Source: Limisphaerales bacterium
GTDB taxonomy: Bacteria > Verrucomicrobiota > Verrucomicrobiia > Limisphaerales > SIBE01
Direction: 5' to 3'
Length of the DNA stretch: 39,941 nucleotides
Assembly: GCA_044225505.1 (NCBI GenBank)
Contig: JBGAIN010000071.1
Location: 1-39,941 of the forward strand
Part shown: piece after piece, positions 11,115 to 20,019 of the stretch
Numbering within the stretch: the first letter of the stretch is position 1
Layout of the letters: the number at the start of each line of letters is the position of its first letter
Translations under genes and position numbers: made by a program
Notes under the pieces: model-generated
Told to the model about the DNA's origin: nothing
Databases searched by the model: none
What the model saw: only the letters and a program-made list of their open reading frames with translations

Positions 11115-11390
11115 TGCGGTGTCCTCTAAGTCCGTTGGCTTTCGCGGCGTGGGTTTTTGTGCTCCCGCAAGGCGCGAGCGAGGCGCATACCCGTCCCGAC
11201 AGGTCGGGAGAACGAGCGCGCCACGCCGCGGGCGCGCCAAAGAATCGCCGCCCAAAGGGTTGCACCGAAATTGAGCCTGGGACTTCGTTGGTCCTCGATC
11301 ACAGAGCTCGACGGCCATGCTCTCTCGTCACGCCTCGCCCAAGGGCCAATTTGAGCGCAACGAAAGTCTAGGGACTTCGCGGTCAGCACA

Positions 11391-11732
11391 CTAGGTCATG
11401 AACAATTGCGTGGCATCCTGCACCTGTTCGCGCCGGAGGACGTATTGGTGCGCCTCAGCCGCCTTTTCCTGCAACAACACCGGCAGGATCAGCAACGGAT
11501 AGGGAGTTGTCCATGCGACAGCTGCCGCTTCATTGGCCGCGAGGCGCAGTTGGCGCTGCAAGTCCGGATCTGAGGCCTCATCCAAAACGGGCGTCATCAA
11601 GCGGACCTTCAAATGCTCGAAGGCACTTTGAGCTTGTGCATCGCTCCAGAGAGCGAACCTTGGCTTTAGCTTGAACCGGGTCTGCCGATCAAAACGCATC
11701 GGCACCCGCCGCTGGTTAGTATTCAATTTCAT
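11391..11732 (-). CDS. Hypothetical protein (helical, LRLAANEAAAVAWTTPYPLL motif)
   Basis: 113 aa from ATG 11732, protein-like composition, directly downstream of an attenuator-like terminator. Confidence 0.75.
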   Translation of the reverse strand: MKLNTNQRRVPMRFDRQTRFKLKPRFALWSDAQAQSAFEHLKVRLMTPVLDEASDPDLQRQLRLAANEAAAVAWTTPYPLLILPVLLQEKAAEAHQYVLRREQVQDATQLFMT

Positions 11733-11760
11733 ATTGATCTCGCCGTTGTAAACATGCTCC

Positions 11761-11801
11761 AAAAACAAAAGACCCACGGTTGCGTTGGCAACCGTGGGTC
11801 T
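11761..11801 (-). terminator. Intrinsic terminator acting as an attenuator hairpin
   Basis: Perfect 14-bp stem (11770-11783 AGACCCACGGTTGC with 11788-11801), 4-nt loop, followed on the minus strand by TTTGTTTTT. Lies ~30 nt upstream of a co-oriented start codon. Confidence 0.85.
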
Positions 11802-11820
11802 CGAAAATCTGGTAATTAAC

Positions 11821-11928
11821 TTATGAGATTCCCTCCCGGTTGCCAGGGACTGCTTGCGTGCAATCCCAAGAGGCCAGCTGGCCTTGAGAGCATCGCGTGC
11901 AGTTCATATGAATGGCTACGGGTTTCAT
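11821..11928 (-). CDS. Putative Cys-containing leader peptide (35 aa, MKPVAIHMNCTRCSQGQLASWDCTQAVPGNREGIS)
   Basis: Purine-rich GGAAAGAG before the ATG. Stop is ~20 nt before the terminator. Its 3' end (TGGCAACCG) is complementary to the terminator 5' arm and loop. Confidence 0.6.
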   Translation of the reverse strand: MKPVAIHMNCTRCSQGQLASWDCTQAVPGNREGIS

Positions 11929-11950
11929 TGGTTCTCTTTCCGTCGCGCCT

Positions 11951-11979
11951 AGTGAACACCAGGGCGGTTCAACTGTCAA
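11951..11979 (-). promoter_or_regulatory. Sigma70 promoter for the leader/attenuator transcript
   Basis: Minus strand TTGACA-N17-TTCACT, ending 22 nt upstream of the leader ATG. Confidence 0.6.
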
Positions 11980-12013
11980 GGCGGTGACGAGGAAAAACTC
12001 CCTCATTTCGCCT

Positions 12014-12026
12014 CAACTTATTGATT
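12014..12026 (-). promoter_or_regulatory. IHF-like binding site
   Basis: AATCAATAAGTTG is an exact match to WATCAA-N4-TTR, in an AT-rich divergent intergenic region. Confidence 0.4.
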
Positions 12027-12176
12027 ATCAAACCTCTAAAGATCACACAACCAAGCACCGCCCCAACGCCGCTTGCCTCGACGCCTGGTCCCACACCGGA
12101 GATCAGCCACGAGCAGCCCTCGCCCTCGCCGTTGAAAGCAGGTGTGCATCCTGGAACTCTCCGTTATGATCGCGCC

Positions 12177-14123
12177 ATGTCTCGCGTGATCGTCCGCCTG
12201 TTTCTTGCCTCACTCTGGCTGTTGATCAGCGCCGCGATCGTTCGTTCCATCGCCAGTGCCCCATCGCCGCTGGGCTCGGCTGTCAGCCTGGGAGACGCGG
12301 AGACCGGCGCCGCCGTCCGAGCGGATCTGATTTTGCTTAATGGGAAACGTCAGATCCTTCCCGCGGTATCCTCTGCGCGGTCAGATCTCGGGATCTCAAA
12401 ATGGCTCCCAGGCCGGCATCGAGTGCACATTCAAAGTCCGGGCCATAAACCCTGGTCAGCAATGGTCACCGTTCCGGAGCAGGATGCCTTGCCAATTCGT
12501 ATCTTCCTCGACCCGCTCGAGCTTCCGCCAGAGTTGCGTCCAGACCAGGTTGCTCGACTGCGAAAGACCGACGCGCTGCTGATCCATGGATTTGTGGTCG
12601 ACGATATCACTGGCGAACTGCTTCCCGAAGTGAAGATTACTTGCCTGGAACGGAATTCTGACAGGCACATGTCAGGGCTCGTCGCGCGCAGCAATGGTCG
12701 AGGTTACTTTCATCTCTCGGTTCCGATCACCGACCAAGAGAATGACGCACTCGTCGACTTAAGCTTCGTCCTCCCTGGATTCGTGACCCGACACATCGAG
12801 TCCGTCCAAGCGTGGCCCGGGGGCGACTGGACGTTTCGCGTCCGACTGATTCGTGAACAACCGCGGCTCATGACCCAGCCCGCCGACGGTGTCGAAAGTG
12901 AGTCGATGCTGAGAGAAGATGGGTTCTCCGTGACTTCCGAGGCCCCGGATAGCCTCTTTGGACTGACCGAGGGGCCACTCGGTTCTCTGGTCGCAGCCCC
13001 AACAGAGACTTCGGATTTAACCGCGACGCTTGAACCGATGGTTCGTGTACCTCGAATGATACGAGTCTTGGCCAGCGACGGCGCCTCGGTTGACTATGTC
13101 GATCTCGACGCCTATTGCCGGCGAGTATTGCCTTCGGAGTGGATTGCCAGTTGGGCCAATTCGGAGGGAGGGATTAATGCGCTCAAAGCCGGTGCGGTCG
13201 CCATTCGGACGTACGCCATCAATTCCGTGAATCACCCTGCCAATGCCCGTTATGACATCTGCGGCACGACGGCATGCCAGGTCTATGGCTCAGCCACCTC
13301 TACCGCCACGGATACGGCTGTCGCCGAGACCGACAATTATGTCATGGTGCAGGATGCCGACAAGAGCGCCATCGGGTTTACGGAATACTCGGCAGAAAAC
13401 AACTCACTCGGCTTCCCGTGTGGCGATGCGTTCACATCGCCAACAACCGGGTGTCTTTCCGACCCAGTCTGCCAGGGTCAGACCCGGAGCGGCCATGGCC
13501 GCGGTTTATGCCAATGGGGTTCGGCCCGCTGGGCAACGGGGCTGCGATTTCCAGGAAACTCCACCCGGGATCGGACGACTCCGAATGGCCAAGCCCGTCA
13601 GGACTGGACCTGGATACTTGAACACTACTATCCCGATCTGCATTTGAGCCGAGGCACGCCTTTAACGATCGGCGATGCCGTTATAGCGGCAACTGCCGTA
13701 AACGTGCGCGCGTGCCCAGGCCAGCGCATCGACGAAGGCATCCATTGTCCAGTGGTGGGAGTTCAATCGGAGGGTGAAGTCGGAACCGTCGTGGGTGGAC
13801 CTCTTCAAGTCCTCACCGATGGATCGGGTTACACATGGTATCAGGTGCAATGGCCCGGTTTCAGCGGCTGGTCGGTCGAGAATTATCTCCAGCGATTATC
13901 ATATCGCCCCGTCCTCACCGCATTGATAACTCCTCAGGGGTTCAGCATTTCGTGGCCGAGCAGCCCAGGGTTTACGTTTCGCCTCCAATCGACGGACGAA
14001 TTTCGAACGGGATGGAGCGATGTCGCAGGCGTTATTACTTCTGCCGGTTCCACCTTCTCGTGGAAGGGGGGGCGGACGGACGCTCGACGCTTCTACCGCT
14101 TACTAATGCGACGAATGCCTTAG
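12177..14123 (+). CDS. Secreted SpoIID/LytB-domain lytic-transglycosylase-like protein with N-terminal beta-sandwich domains, an SH3-like domain and a C-terminal 'RFYRL' domain
   Basis: Signal peptide MSRVIVRLFLASLWLLISAA. SpoIID motifs VLPSEW, ALKAGAVAIRTYA, YDICGTTACQVY, GHGRGLCQWG, ILEHYYP. SH3b-like VNVRACPG..WYQVQW..GWSVENYL. Tail FRLQSTD..WSDV..RFYRL. Confidence 0.85.
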   Translation: MSRVIVRLFLASLWLLISAAIVRSIASAPSPLGSAVSLGDAETGAAVRADLILLNGKRQILPAVSSARSDLGISKWLPGRHRVHIQSPGHKPWSAMVTVPEQDALPIRIFLDPLELPPELRPDQVARLRKTDALLIHGFVVDDITGELLPEVKITCLERNSDRHMSGLVARSNGRGYFHLSVPITDQENDALVDLSFVLPGFVTRHIESVQAWPGGDWTFRVRLIREQPRLMTQPADGVESESMLREDGFSVTSEAPDSLFGLTEGPLGSLVAAPTETSDLTATLEPMVRVPRMIRVLASDGASVDYVDLDAYCRRVLPSEWIASWANSEGGINALKAGAVAIRTYAINSVNHPANARYDICGTTACQVYGSATSTATDTAVAETDNYVMVQDADKSAIGFTEYSAENNSLGFPCGDAFTSPTTGCLSDPVCQGQTRSGHGRGLCQWGSARWATGLRFPGNSTRDRTTPNGQARQDWTWILEHYYPDLHLSRGTPLTIGDAVIAATAVNVRACPGQRIDEGIHCPVVGVQSEGEVGTVVGGPLQVLTDGSGYTWYQVQWPGFSGWSVENYLQRLSYRPVLTALITPQGFSISWPSSPGFTFRLQSTDEFRTGWSDVAGVITSAGSTFSWKGGRTDARRFYRLLMRRMP

Positions 14124-14199
14124 CAAGCTAACGGCCTTATGCGCTGTGCCGATGCCTTCGGCCTCTTATCCGAATCCGGGTGCAGGATACCCTTTCCAG

Positions 14200-14226
14200 N
14201 NNNNNNNNNNNNNNNNNNNNNNNNNN
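14200..14226. other. Assembly gap (27 N)
   Basis: Run of N in the sequence; adjacency across it is not guaranteed. Confidence 0.99.
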
Positions 14227-14948
14227 CAAAAATCCCGGCTAGGATAAATCGTAATGTCCACCCAACCTTCGTCCGGACCGCCGCTGTTTGTCGCACAGCG
14301 AACCTTGGCAACGAGCAATGCCTCCCGCAGCGAGCTCATGAGCATCTCAGCCAACCGCCCAGGTCCAGCGGAGATGAGCAACGGCGGATCGCTCGGACTG
14401 GGCGGTGCCGATTTGGCGTGAATGGTCTGGTCGGCAGTTCGCATGCCGCGCTTGACCAGGACTTCATGGAGCTTAAATGCAAATTCACTGGATTCAGTGG
14501 TTTCGTTGACTTTGGTCATCCGTATCCCCGCAAAACGACTTACCCAGTTTAATTCCCGATCCAAGGCCTCCCAATCGGTTCCGGTATAGCGACTGTGGAT
14601 TCGCTGGCGCACAATGGCCAGTTCATTGCTAGTCTGTCGTGCGGTGGCTTGTGCGACAATCGCATGAGATCCGAGCTGTCGCCTTTCGTCAGCGTGTTGC
14701 CGAGCCGACCAAGAAATCAGCAACGTCATTGCGGTGACGCAGAGACTATTCAACGTGCTCAATCGGTCACCTTGCCGTGTCTGACCGTCCGCATTCGCCT
14801 CCAGCGCGCTCAGAATCAGGGTAGCAACAGCCAACCCGATCGCACTCAACTCCACCAGCCTAAGATCGCGCCACGAGGTTAGGACGGTCCAGGCAACAAT
14901 CACTCCAACGATCGCAAGTCGTTTCCAGGGAAGCTTCCGCAAAGCCAT
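14227..14948 (-). CDS. Hypothetical membrane protein, 3' end runs into the gap
   Basis: ~240-codon open frame with three N-terminal hydrophobic segments. No recognised family; start uncertain. Confidence 0.45.
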
Positions 14949-15163
14949 GTGATCCAAGGGCTATATCGCACCGACCGTTTCTCTCCAACCATCGGAGCGC
15001 CCGTGACGATAGCGCATCCAGAGAGCCCCGCCAAGCTTGCGATATCACTGCCGTTGGCGAGCGACAGGCGAAAACCCAAGAAGCCGAACTCCAAGAGCGC
15101 GCTGAGTAATCCCCAGAAACCTCCGGCCGCATATCCAAGTGACGCCACAATGATGGCCTAACC

Positions 15164-18100
15164 TCAGGGAGGAGTCGCTGCAATCGAGTCTCGAGCGCCC
15201 TGAATCCAACGGAGAATCGTGCGATATTCATCGGCCTCTTTACCGGCCTGCCATCGGATGTCTCCACCATGAGTTCTCCGATAGTTCTCCGGTTGGCCAA
15301 TCCCCTCGAAGGTCGAACGCGGTTTGATCAGCAGCAAACTCTCCTCCGGATTCACCGGGTCCACCACCTTTAGCGCCGAGAGGTAGTTTTGGCGCAATTG
15401 CGCATGGGTCAAGGCCCGATCCTCTGCCGCGGGAATGAGGCGGAGGATCGAATGATTGGCATGACACCGCGCACACGAATCGCCGTCCAGAGCGGGACGC
15501 TGAAAAATAGGCTGCACGCGATTCACAAAGTAATCGAAGTCGAGAGTGACCGTCTGCCCACTCGCGCTGCGGCGTTCGAGCGCTGTGCGCAAAGCCGAGG
15601 CCGAATCCCGCACGGCCGCCACGTCATCGCGGCTCATAAGCCGTAAGCTCTCCAGCACCGACGGATTGAGAGTGAGTGGCTCGATCGCGCGGACGGCATC
15701 GATCGCGGCACGGCGAACGTCGGCCTCGGAGTGAGACAAGCCCGTGGTCACGACTCCCAACACCAACGGAAGCCCTCGTTCGGTCTTCTGATTCTTCCAA
15801 TCAACGGCCGTCGCCGCTGCCAGCCAATCCCGCATTCGGTCAGCCCCGGCGCTTTCCAGATCGTTTTCAAACTCTTTACGGGCACGCGTGCTCAGAAGAA
15901 ATCGATCACCTCGGAGCAGTGTTTTCAGCGCATGCTGGCGGATCGTCACAGTCCCTGATCGACTCAGAGCCAAGACCCGATCACGGATTTCACTCAGCGG
16001 CTGGAGCTCGGTCATCTTGAGTAGCACGTCGAGTAACGCTTCCTGATCCCGCTCCGCAATGTCTTGAGAACAAAAACGCTCCTGCACCGCCGCCAGGATT
16101 TTGGGATTCTTGGGCAGGTCACTGGCAACGGCGTCGCGCACGATGGCCGCAGCTAACGCCAAACCCGGACCTTGGTGAGTGCGGATCATTTCCGTCAACA
16201 TCGCCACCGATTCCAACGATTCTGTAAAACGGGCGGGAACAACCTCGCGGAGCAACTCGATCCGTTGAGGCAGCTCGCTGGTATGCTCGCGAATCAGCGC
16301 CAGCAAGCGCGCTGAGAAAGCCCCGTCCAGAGGAACACCGCGGCTGCTTCGTAAGGTCAGCAAAACCGGCAAAGCCCAATTTCCGGGTCGATCCAGCAAC
16401 TGTCGAAGCGCGGTCGCGAGCTGTGGTCCGGAATCTTCGTAAAACGTAGGCGGCTCCGTATCATTCCCAATGCGGCCGAGAACTCCCGTCCCGGAATAGC
16501 TCGGATCGTAAGCCGCGGCGAATTTATAGCCGTCCAGCCAAAGATTCTCACCTCGATCCGCGGTGGGGGATACAAACGTCGCGGGAAACCTGAATTCCCC
16601 CACCTCTTTCGGCCAGTCGACCGTGCTCTCGCGCAGATGGAAAGTATAAAAGCTGCGAAGGATTCCGTCGCACTGCGCAGCGTTGCCACTCGCCAGCGCC
16701 CGCGCCAGTTTCTCCGCTTGCCTGCGCACGGTGTGTCGGTGCCCCGCTTTGACCCGAATTCGTTCGGACTCCGCTTTCAATGCGGGAATCCAATCATTGT
16801 AAAGGTAGCGCACATTGTCATCGAGCAAGTTGTGCAAGCCTTCCATCAAATTGCGCCGGGCCCACGGATGCTCCTCAACCGCCAAGCGCCCGATGAAGAA
16901 GTCCTCGATCGTCGATTGCACATCCGCCTCCGTTTCCCAAACCCACCATTGCCAAAGGGACTGGATCGCTTGCACGCGGATGATTGGCACTGGATCTCTC
17001 TCCGCGAGTTCCAGCAGAGCCTCCCCTAACTCCGAGTCTTGGGTAAGATATTTGAAGTGCTGGTTAAAAATCCGCGCAGCCCCCCAGCGAACCCGATCCT
17101 CCTCGGAACGCAACGCCGCCAGAATATCCTCCTGTCCTTCCTGAGGTCGCGACGCAATCTGGCGCAGGGCCCAGGCTGCGGCGCGTTGCACGAGTTTTGA
17201 GCCATCACCCAAGCTCTGAGTCAGGAACTGAATGGCCGTAACGTCGGCCACCCGGCCCAGCATCGCCGCGGCAGCGCAGCGAACCAAAGGCTGGGGATGA
17301 CGCAGAAGCGACTTCGCTTGGCTGACCACCTTAGGATTCGGATCGGCCCACTGCTGGTCTAAGGTCTCAAGCAGTGACGAAGTTCCCTTCTCGGGCAGCT
17401 TGGCGGGCGGAGCTGAAAAACCTGCGTCCCAACCTCGGCCACCTGGACCGCGATAAAATTCACTCAATGCCATGACCGCGTATTGGGTATCGCGAAAGAC
17501 GGTGTCAAAGTTTTTGAAGTCCGAATTCCCTTGCCACCCCCCGTGAGGCCACTGCCGGCTTAAACACCACCGAATGGTCGGAGCGATCCGGGGGTCCTCC
17601 GGGGAAACCCCCGCCTTCGCGAGTGCGTAGAGCGCGTGAAACGTCTGGAACTCGGAGGCTTTTGGCGAACCGTCGGACTCTCGCGGGGTTTCCGGCTTCA
17701 AAGAAACCGGCTCGCCGCTCTTGGATCTGGCCAGGACGACAGAAAAGGTTCCATCGGTCTTCTGCTCGGAAAACAGACGCCCCACTAATTCTTGGATCAC
17801 CAGCGAAAACTTGGTGCGGTCCAGCTCACACAAAGCGACGATCTTCCAGCACAGGTCGATCAGGTCCACCGGCTCGCCCGCCAGCAGGACTCCCTCCACT
17901 TGTTGGCGAAGTCGCACATACTTCGGATCCTCCGTTCGGCGGTTCAGTTCCTTGAAGACCAGCGCGCTATGCAGGCCCACTTCAAAGCCACTCACGCGCG
18001 GCGAATTCCCGTTGCTCTCCGTAATCGGCAAACCGACCCCTTCCCAATACTTTTCCAGGAATTCCCCAATGGGTTCCAGAAAGCCGTCTCGAGACTCACC

Positions 18101-19366
18101 ACTGATCTGCGATTCAAACGTTCCCATCATGTAGCCAATACGGCTCAAGACGTTTGCTGGGGCGCTAATCATGCGAGCCCACACCATTTCCGGCGCTCCG
18201 TAAAGCGGACGTGGGTTGTTATAAAGACGCTCCGTCAAGAACTGCAAGGCTGGGCGTTCCCGGATTGGCCAGCCATTTTGCACCGCCACCAACTCGGCTC
18301 GTGTCGTAAAATGGGTGGGATGACAGGCCACGCACTGCGACGTTTCCGCCAGCCGATTGGAAGTTCGCAAGATGACGCTGCCACGACGGGGAGTGTTGGC
18401 ATGCCAGCTGTCGCCTTTTCGAAGCAGATAATCAAGCCCAAGCCGAAGCGCCTTAGCCGGATCGTGAAAGGGCGGGACGTCATAGACCTCCGTGCGGAGT
18501 CGGAAGAAAGGATGATTGCCCATGACTCGAACATAGTATTTCCCAGGATCTAGAACTCTCGCGATGAACTTTTGCAGACCATGAGACTTCGTTGACTGCT
18601 CGGTGTTGTAGCGTTCGGAGCCTCGGGTGTAGGGCTCGAGTTCACCTGGCGCACGGCTCGATGGCACGAAGAGTGCCACGTCTACAGGCACATCCCGGTC
18701 CAGCACATCCACGACAAAATGGACGAGTTTTGGTCCTGGCTCAGGCTGATCTAACACAAACCATTGCGTGCCGGTGACGAGGGCCTGCAGGGCATCGATA
18801 GGTCCGGCCACCGGCGGCACGTAAGGTCGCTCATCGTTACTGGCATAGATTGTCGTGCCCAGGCGGATCGGTTGTCCGTGTTGCCAATCATTCCCAGCGG
18901 CCGCGCCGACCGTCGTGTTCCCCTGCTCTCTTTGGTCGAAGCGCGAAACCACGTAGCGCAGTAACTCCACTTTTCCGCGAGCCTCCGCTGATGTGTGCAC
19001 CCGCAACGTGGCCACACCATTCGTCGGCGCTTCCACGATCGTATACAGATCGGCATCCCCCGCATGGAGCGATTTGGAAACGCCCACTTCGCGTCCGGGC
19101 GGGACGACCGTAACGGTCACCGCCTCTTGGAGTCCCAATTCACGGAGCTTTGGAAAGTAGACCAAAACGCCGTAAAGGTCGCCCTGAGTCCAGGTGCCGA
19201 GCGATACGGCGTTGGTGCCTGGGAAGGAAACGGAAAGCTCCCTTTCTCCTGGGTAACCAATCGCCCCTTCCACGCGAATCGAACCTGCAACCGCGACGAG
19301 GAGAAGCGTGAGCGCAACGGTCACGCTCAGCGGTCCAAAAGCGAACATGGATCTAGGTGGCCTCAC
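15164..19366 (-). CDS. 1400-aa exported multidomain protein: two CXXCH heme motifs, prenyltransferase/terpene-cyclase-like alpha-barrel repeats, HEAT repeats, C-terminal planctomycete-type cytochrome c domain
   Basis: Signal peptide; CVACH (18320-18334); QW-like repeats LFSEQKTDGTF and WCLSRQWPHGGW; HEAT repeats (VRCAAAAMLG, VQRAAAWAL, VRWGAA, IRVQAIQSL); C-terminal F..RVQPIF..SCARCH (15461-15475)..PEESLLLIKP..HGG..YRTILRWI. Confidence 0.85.
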   Translation of the reverse strand: MRPPRSMFAFGPLSVTVALTLLLVAVAGSIRVEGAIGYPGERELSVSFPGTNAVSLGTWTQGDLYGVLVYFPKLRELGLQEAVTVTVVPPGREVGVSKSLHAGDADLYTIVEAPTNGVATLRVHTSAEARGKVELLRYVVSRFDQREQGNTTVGAAAGNDWQHGQPIRLGTTIYASNDERPYVPPVAGPIDALQALVTGTQWFVLDQPEPGPKLVHFVVDVLDRDVPVDVALFVPSSRAPGELEPYTRGSERYNTEQSTKSHGLQKFIARVLDPGKYYVRVMGNHPFFRLRTEVYDVPPFHDPAKALRLGLDYLLRKGDSWHANTPRRGSVILRTSNRLAETSQCVACHPTHFTTRAELVAVQNGWPIRERPALQFLTERLYNNPRPLYGAPEMVWARMISAPANVLSRIGYMMGTFESQISGESRDGFLEPIGEFLEKYWEGVGLPITESNGNSPRVSGFEVGLHSALVFKELNRRTEDPKYVRLRQQVEGVLLAGEPVDLIDLCWKIVALCELDRTKFSLVIQELVGRLFSEQKTDGTFSVVLARSKSGEPVSLKPETPRESDGSPKASEFQTFHALYALAKAGVSPEDPRIAPTIRWCLSRQWPHGGWQGNSDFKNFDTVFRDTQYAVMALSEFYRGPGGRGWDAGFSAPPAKLPEKGTSSLLETLDQQWADPNPKVVSQAKSLLRHPQPLVRCAAAAMLGRVADVTAIQFLTQSLGDGSKLVQRAAAWALRQIASRPQEGQEDILAALRSEEDRVRWGAARIFNQHFKYLTQDSELGEALLELAERDPVPIIRVQAIQSLWQWWVWETEADVQSTIEDFFIGRLAVEEHPWARRNLMEGLHNLLDDNVRYLYNDWIPALKAESERIRVKAGHRHTVRRQAEKLARALASGNAAQCDGILRSFYTFHLRESTVDWPKEVGEFRFPATFVSPTADRGENLWLDGYKFAAAYDPSYSGTGVLGRIGNDTEPPTFYEDSGPQLATALRQLLDRPGNWALPVLLTLRSSRGVPLDGAFSARLLALIREHTSELPQRIELLREVVPARFTESLESVAMLTEMIRTHQGPGLALAAAIVRDAVASDLPKNPKILAAVQERFCSQDIAERDQEALLDVLLKMTELQPLSEIRDRVLALSRSGTVTIRQHALKTLLRGDRFLLSTRARKEFENDLESAGADRMRDWLAAATAVDWKNQKTERGLPLVLGVVTTGLSHSEADVRRAAIDAVRAIEPLTLNPSVLESLRLMSRDDVAAVRDSASALRTALERRSASGQTVTLDFDYFVNRVQPIFQRPALDGDSCARCHANHSILRLIPAAEDRALTHAQLRQNYLSALKVVDPVNPEESLLLIKPRSTFEGIGQPENYRRTHGGDIRWQAGKEADEYRTILRWIQGARDSIAATPP

Positions 19367-19375
19367 GGTAGAGCC

Positions 19376-19405
19376 ATACTATCGAGAGGGCCAACTGACT
19401 GTCGA
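19376..19405 (-). promoter_or_regulatory. Possible sigma70 promoter of the 1400-aa gene
   Basis: Minus strand TCGACA-N18-TAGTAT, 9 nt before the GTG. Confidence 0.35.
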
Positions 19406-19475
19406 CCTCGAATATCGCGTGTGTGTGGCAGGTCCCGTCGCCGACCTCCGATAGAGGTGCGTTAGGGTCCGACGA

Positions 19476-19994
19476 TCAGGAGACGGGCAACCCTGGACTG
19501 GAGGGAAACAAGCTCGATTCCTTAACGGTTTCAACAAAACGCTCTGGACTGTCTGGGCTCACGACCATGACTCGATCGGACCAACGGAGCACCACCGTAC
19601 GATGCATATCCGTGACAAAGGCCCGATACCGGCCCAAGCGTCGATTCCAATAAACGCCCGAAATGCTGAATGCCCCGCCATTGCCAAAGAGGCGCAACGA
19701 CCCTCGCATGACACCAGGGTCGGCCGTTACCGATTGAAGCCCTCGGAGGGAAAACGACGTTTCCCAGCCAAGACGTTGAATAAAGAGATACCCACCGGCC
19801 AGTCGATAACCGCGAATCGTAAAACACGCGCATGCCGCCAAGCCAAGCAGCGGCGCCAGCACCATGAGAATCGAATTAAAGGGGAACCGTTCGGGCGCTC
19901 CGATAAGGCCGAAGGTGGCCAAGCCCAGGCACAGCGCACACAAAAAGAGACTGATCAGTTTGAGCGGAGTTCCCCAAGGTGCCTTAAATCGCAT
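19476..19994 (-). CDS. Membrane-anchored bacterial PH-domain protein
   Basis: Two N-terminal TM helices, then SLRLFGNGGAFSISG.YWN..LG.YRAFVTD..VVSPDSPERFV. Starts 25 bp after the ECF gene stop. Confidence 0.8.
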   Translation of the reverse strand: MRFKAPWGTPLKLISLFLCALCLGLATFGLIGAPERFPFNSILMVLAPLLGLAACACFTIRGYRLAGGYLFIQRLGWETSFSLRGLQSVTADPGVMRGSLRLFGNGGAFSISGVYWNRRLGRYRAFVTDMHRTVVLRWSDRVMVVSPDSPERFVETVKESSLFPSSPGLPVS

Positions 19995-20019
19995 ACTCAG
20001 ACCTTTCGTCGATCATCGA

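Noticed and set aside
14900..15148. 82-aa hydrophobic ORF upstream of the gap-spanning gene
   Set aside because: Could be a frameshifted 5' part of the 14227-14948 gene, but there is no motif to support a call.
15164..19366. Calling the 1400-aa protein a squalene-hopene cyclase
   Set aside because: No DXDD motif; it has a signal peptide, heme motifs and HEAT repeats; only QW-like repeats match.
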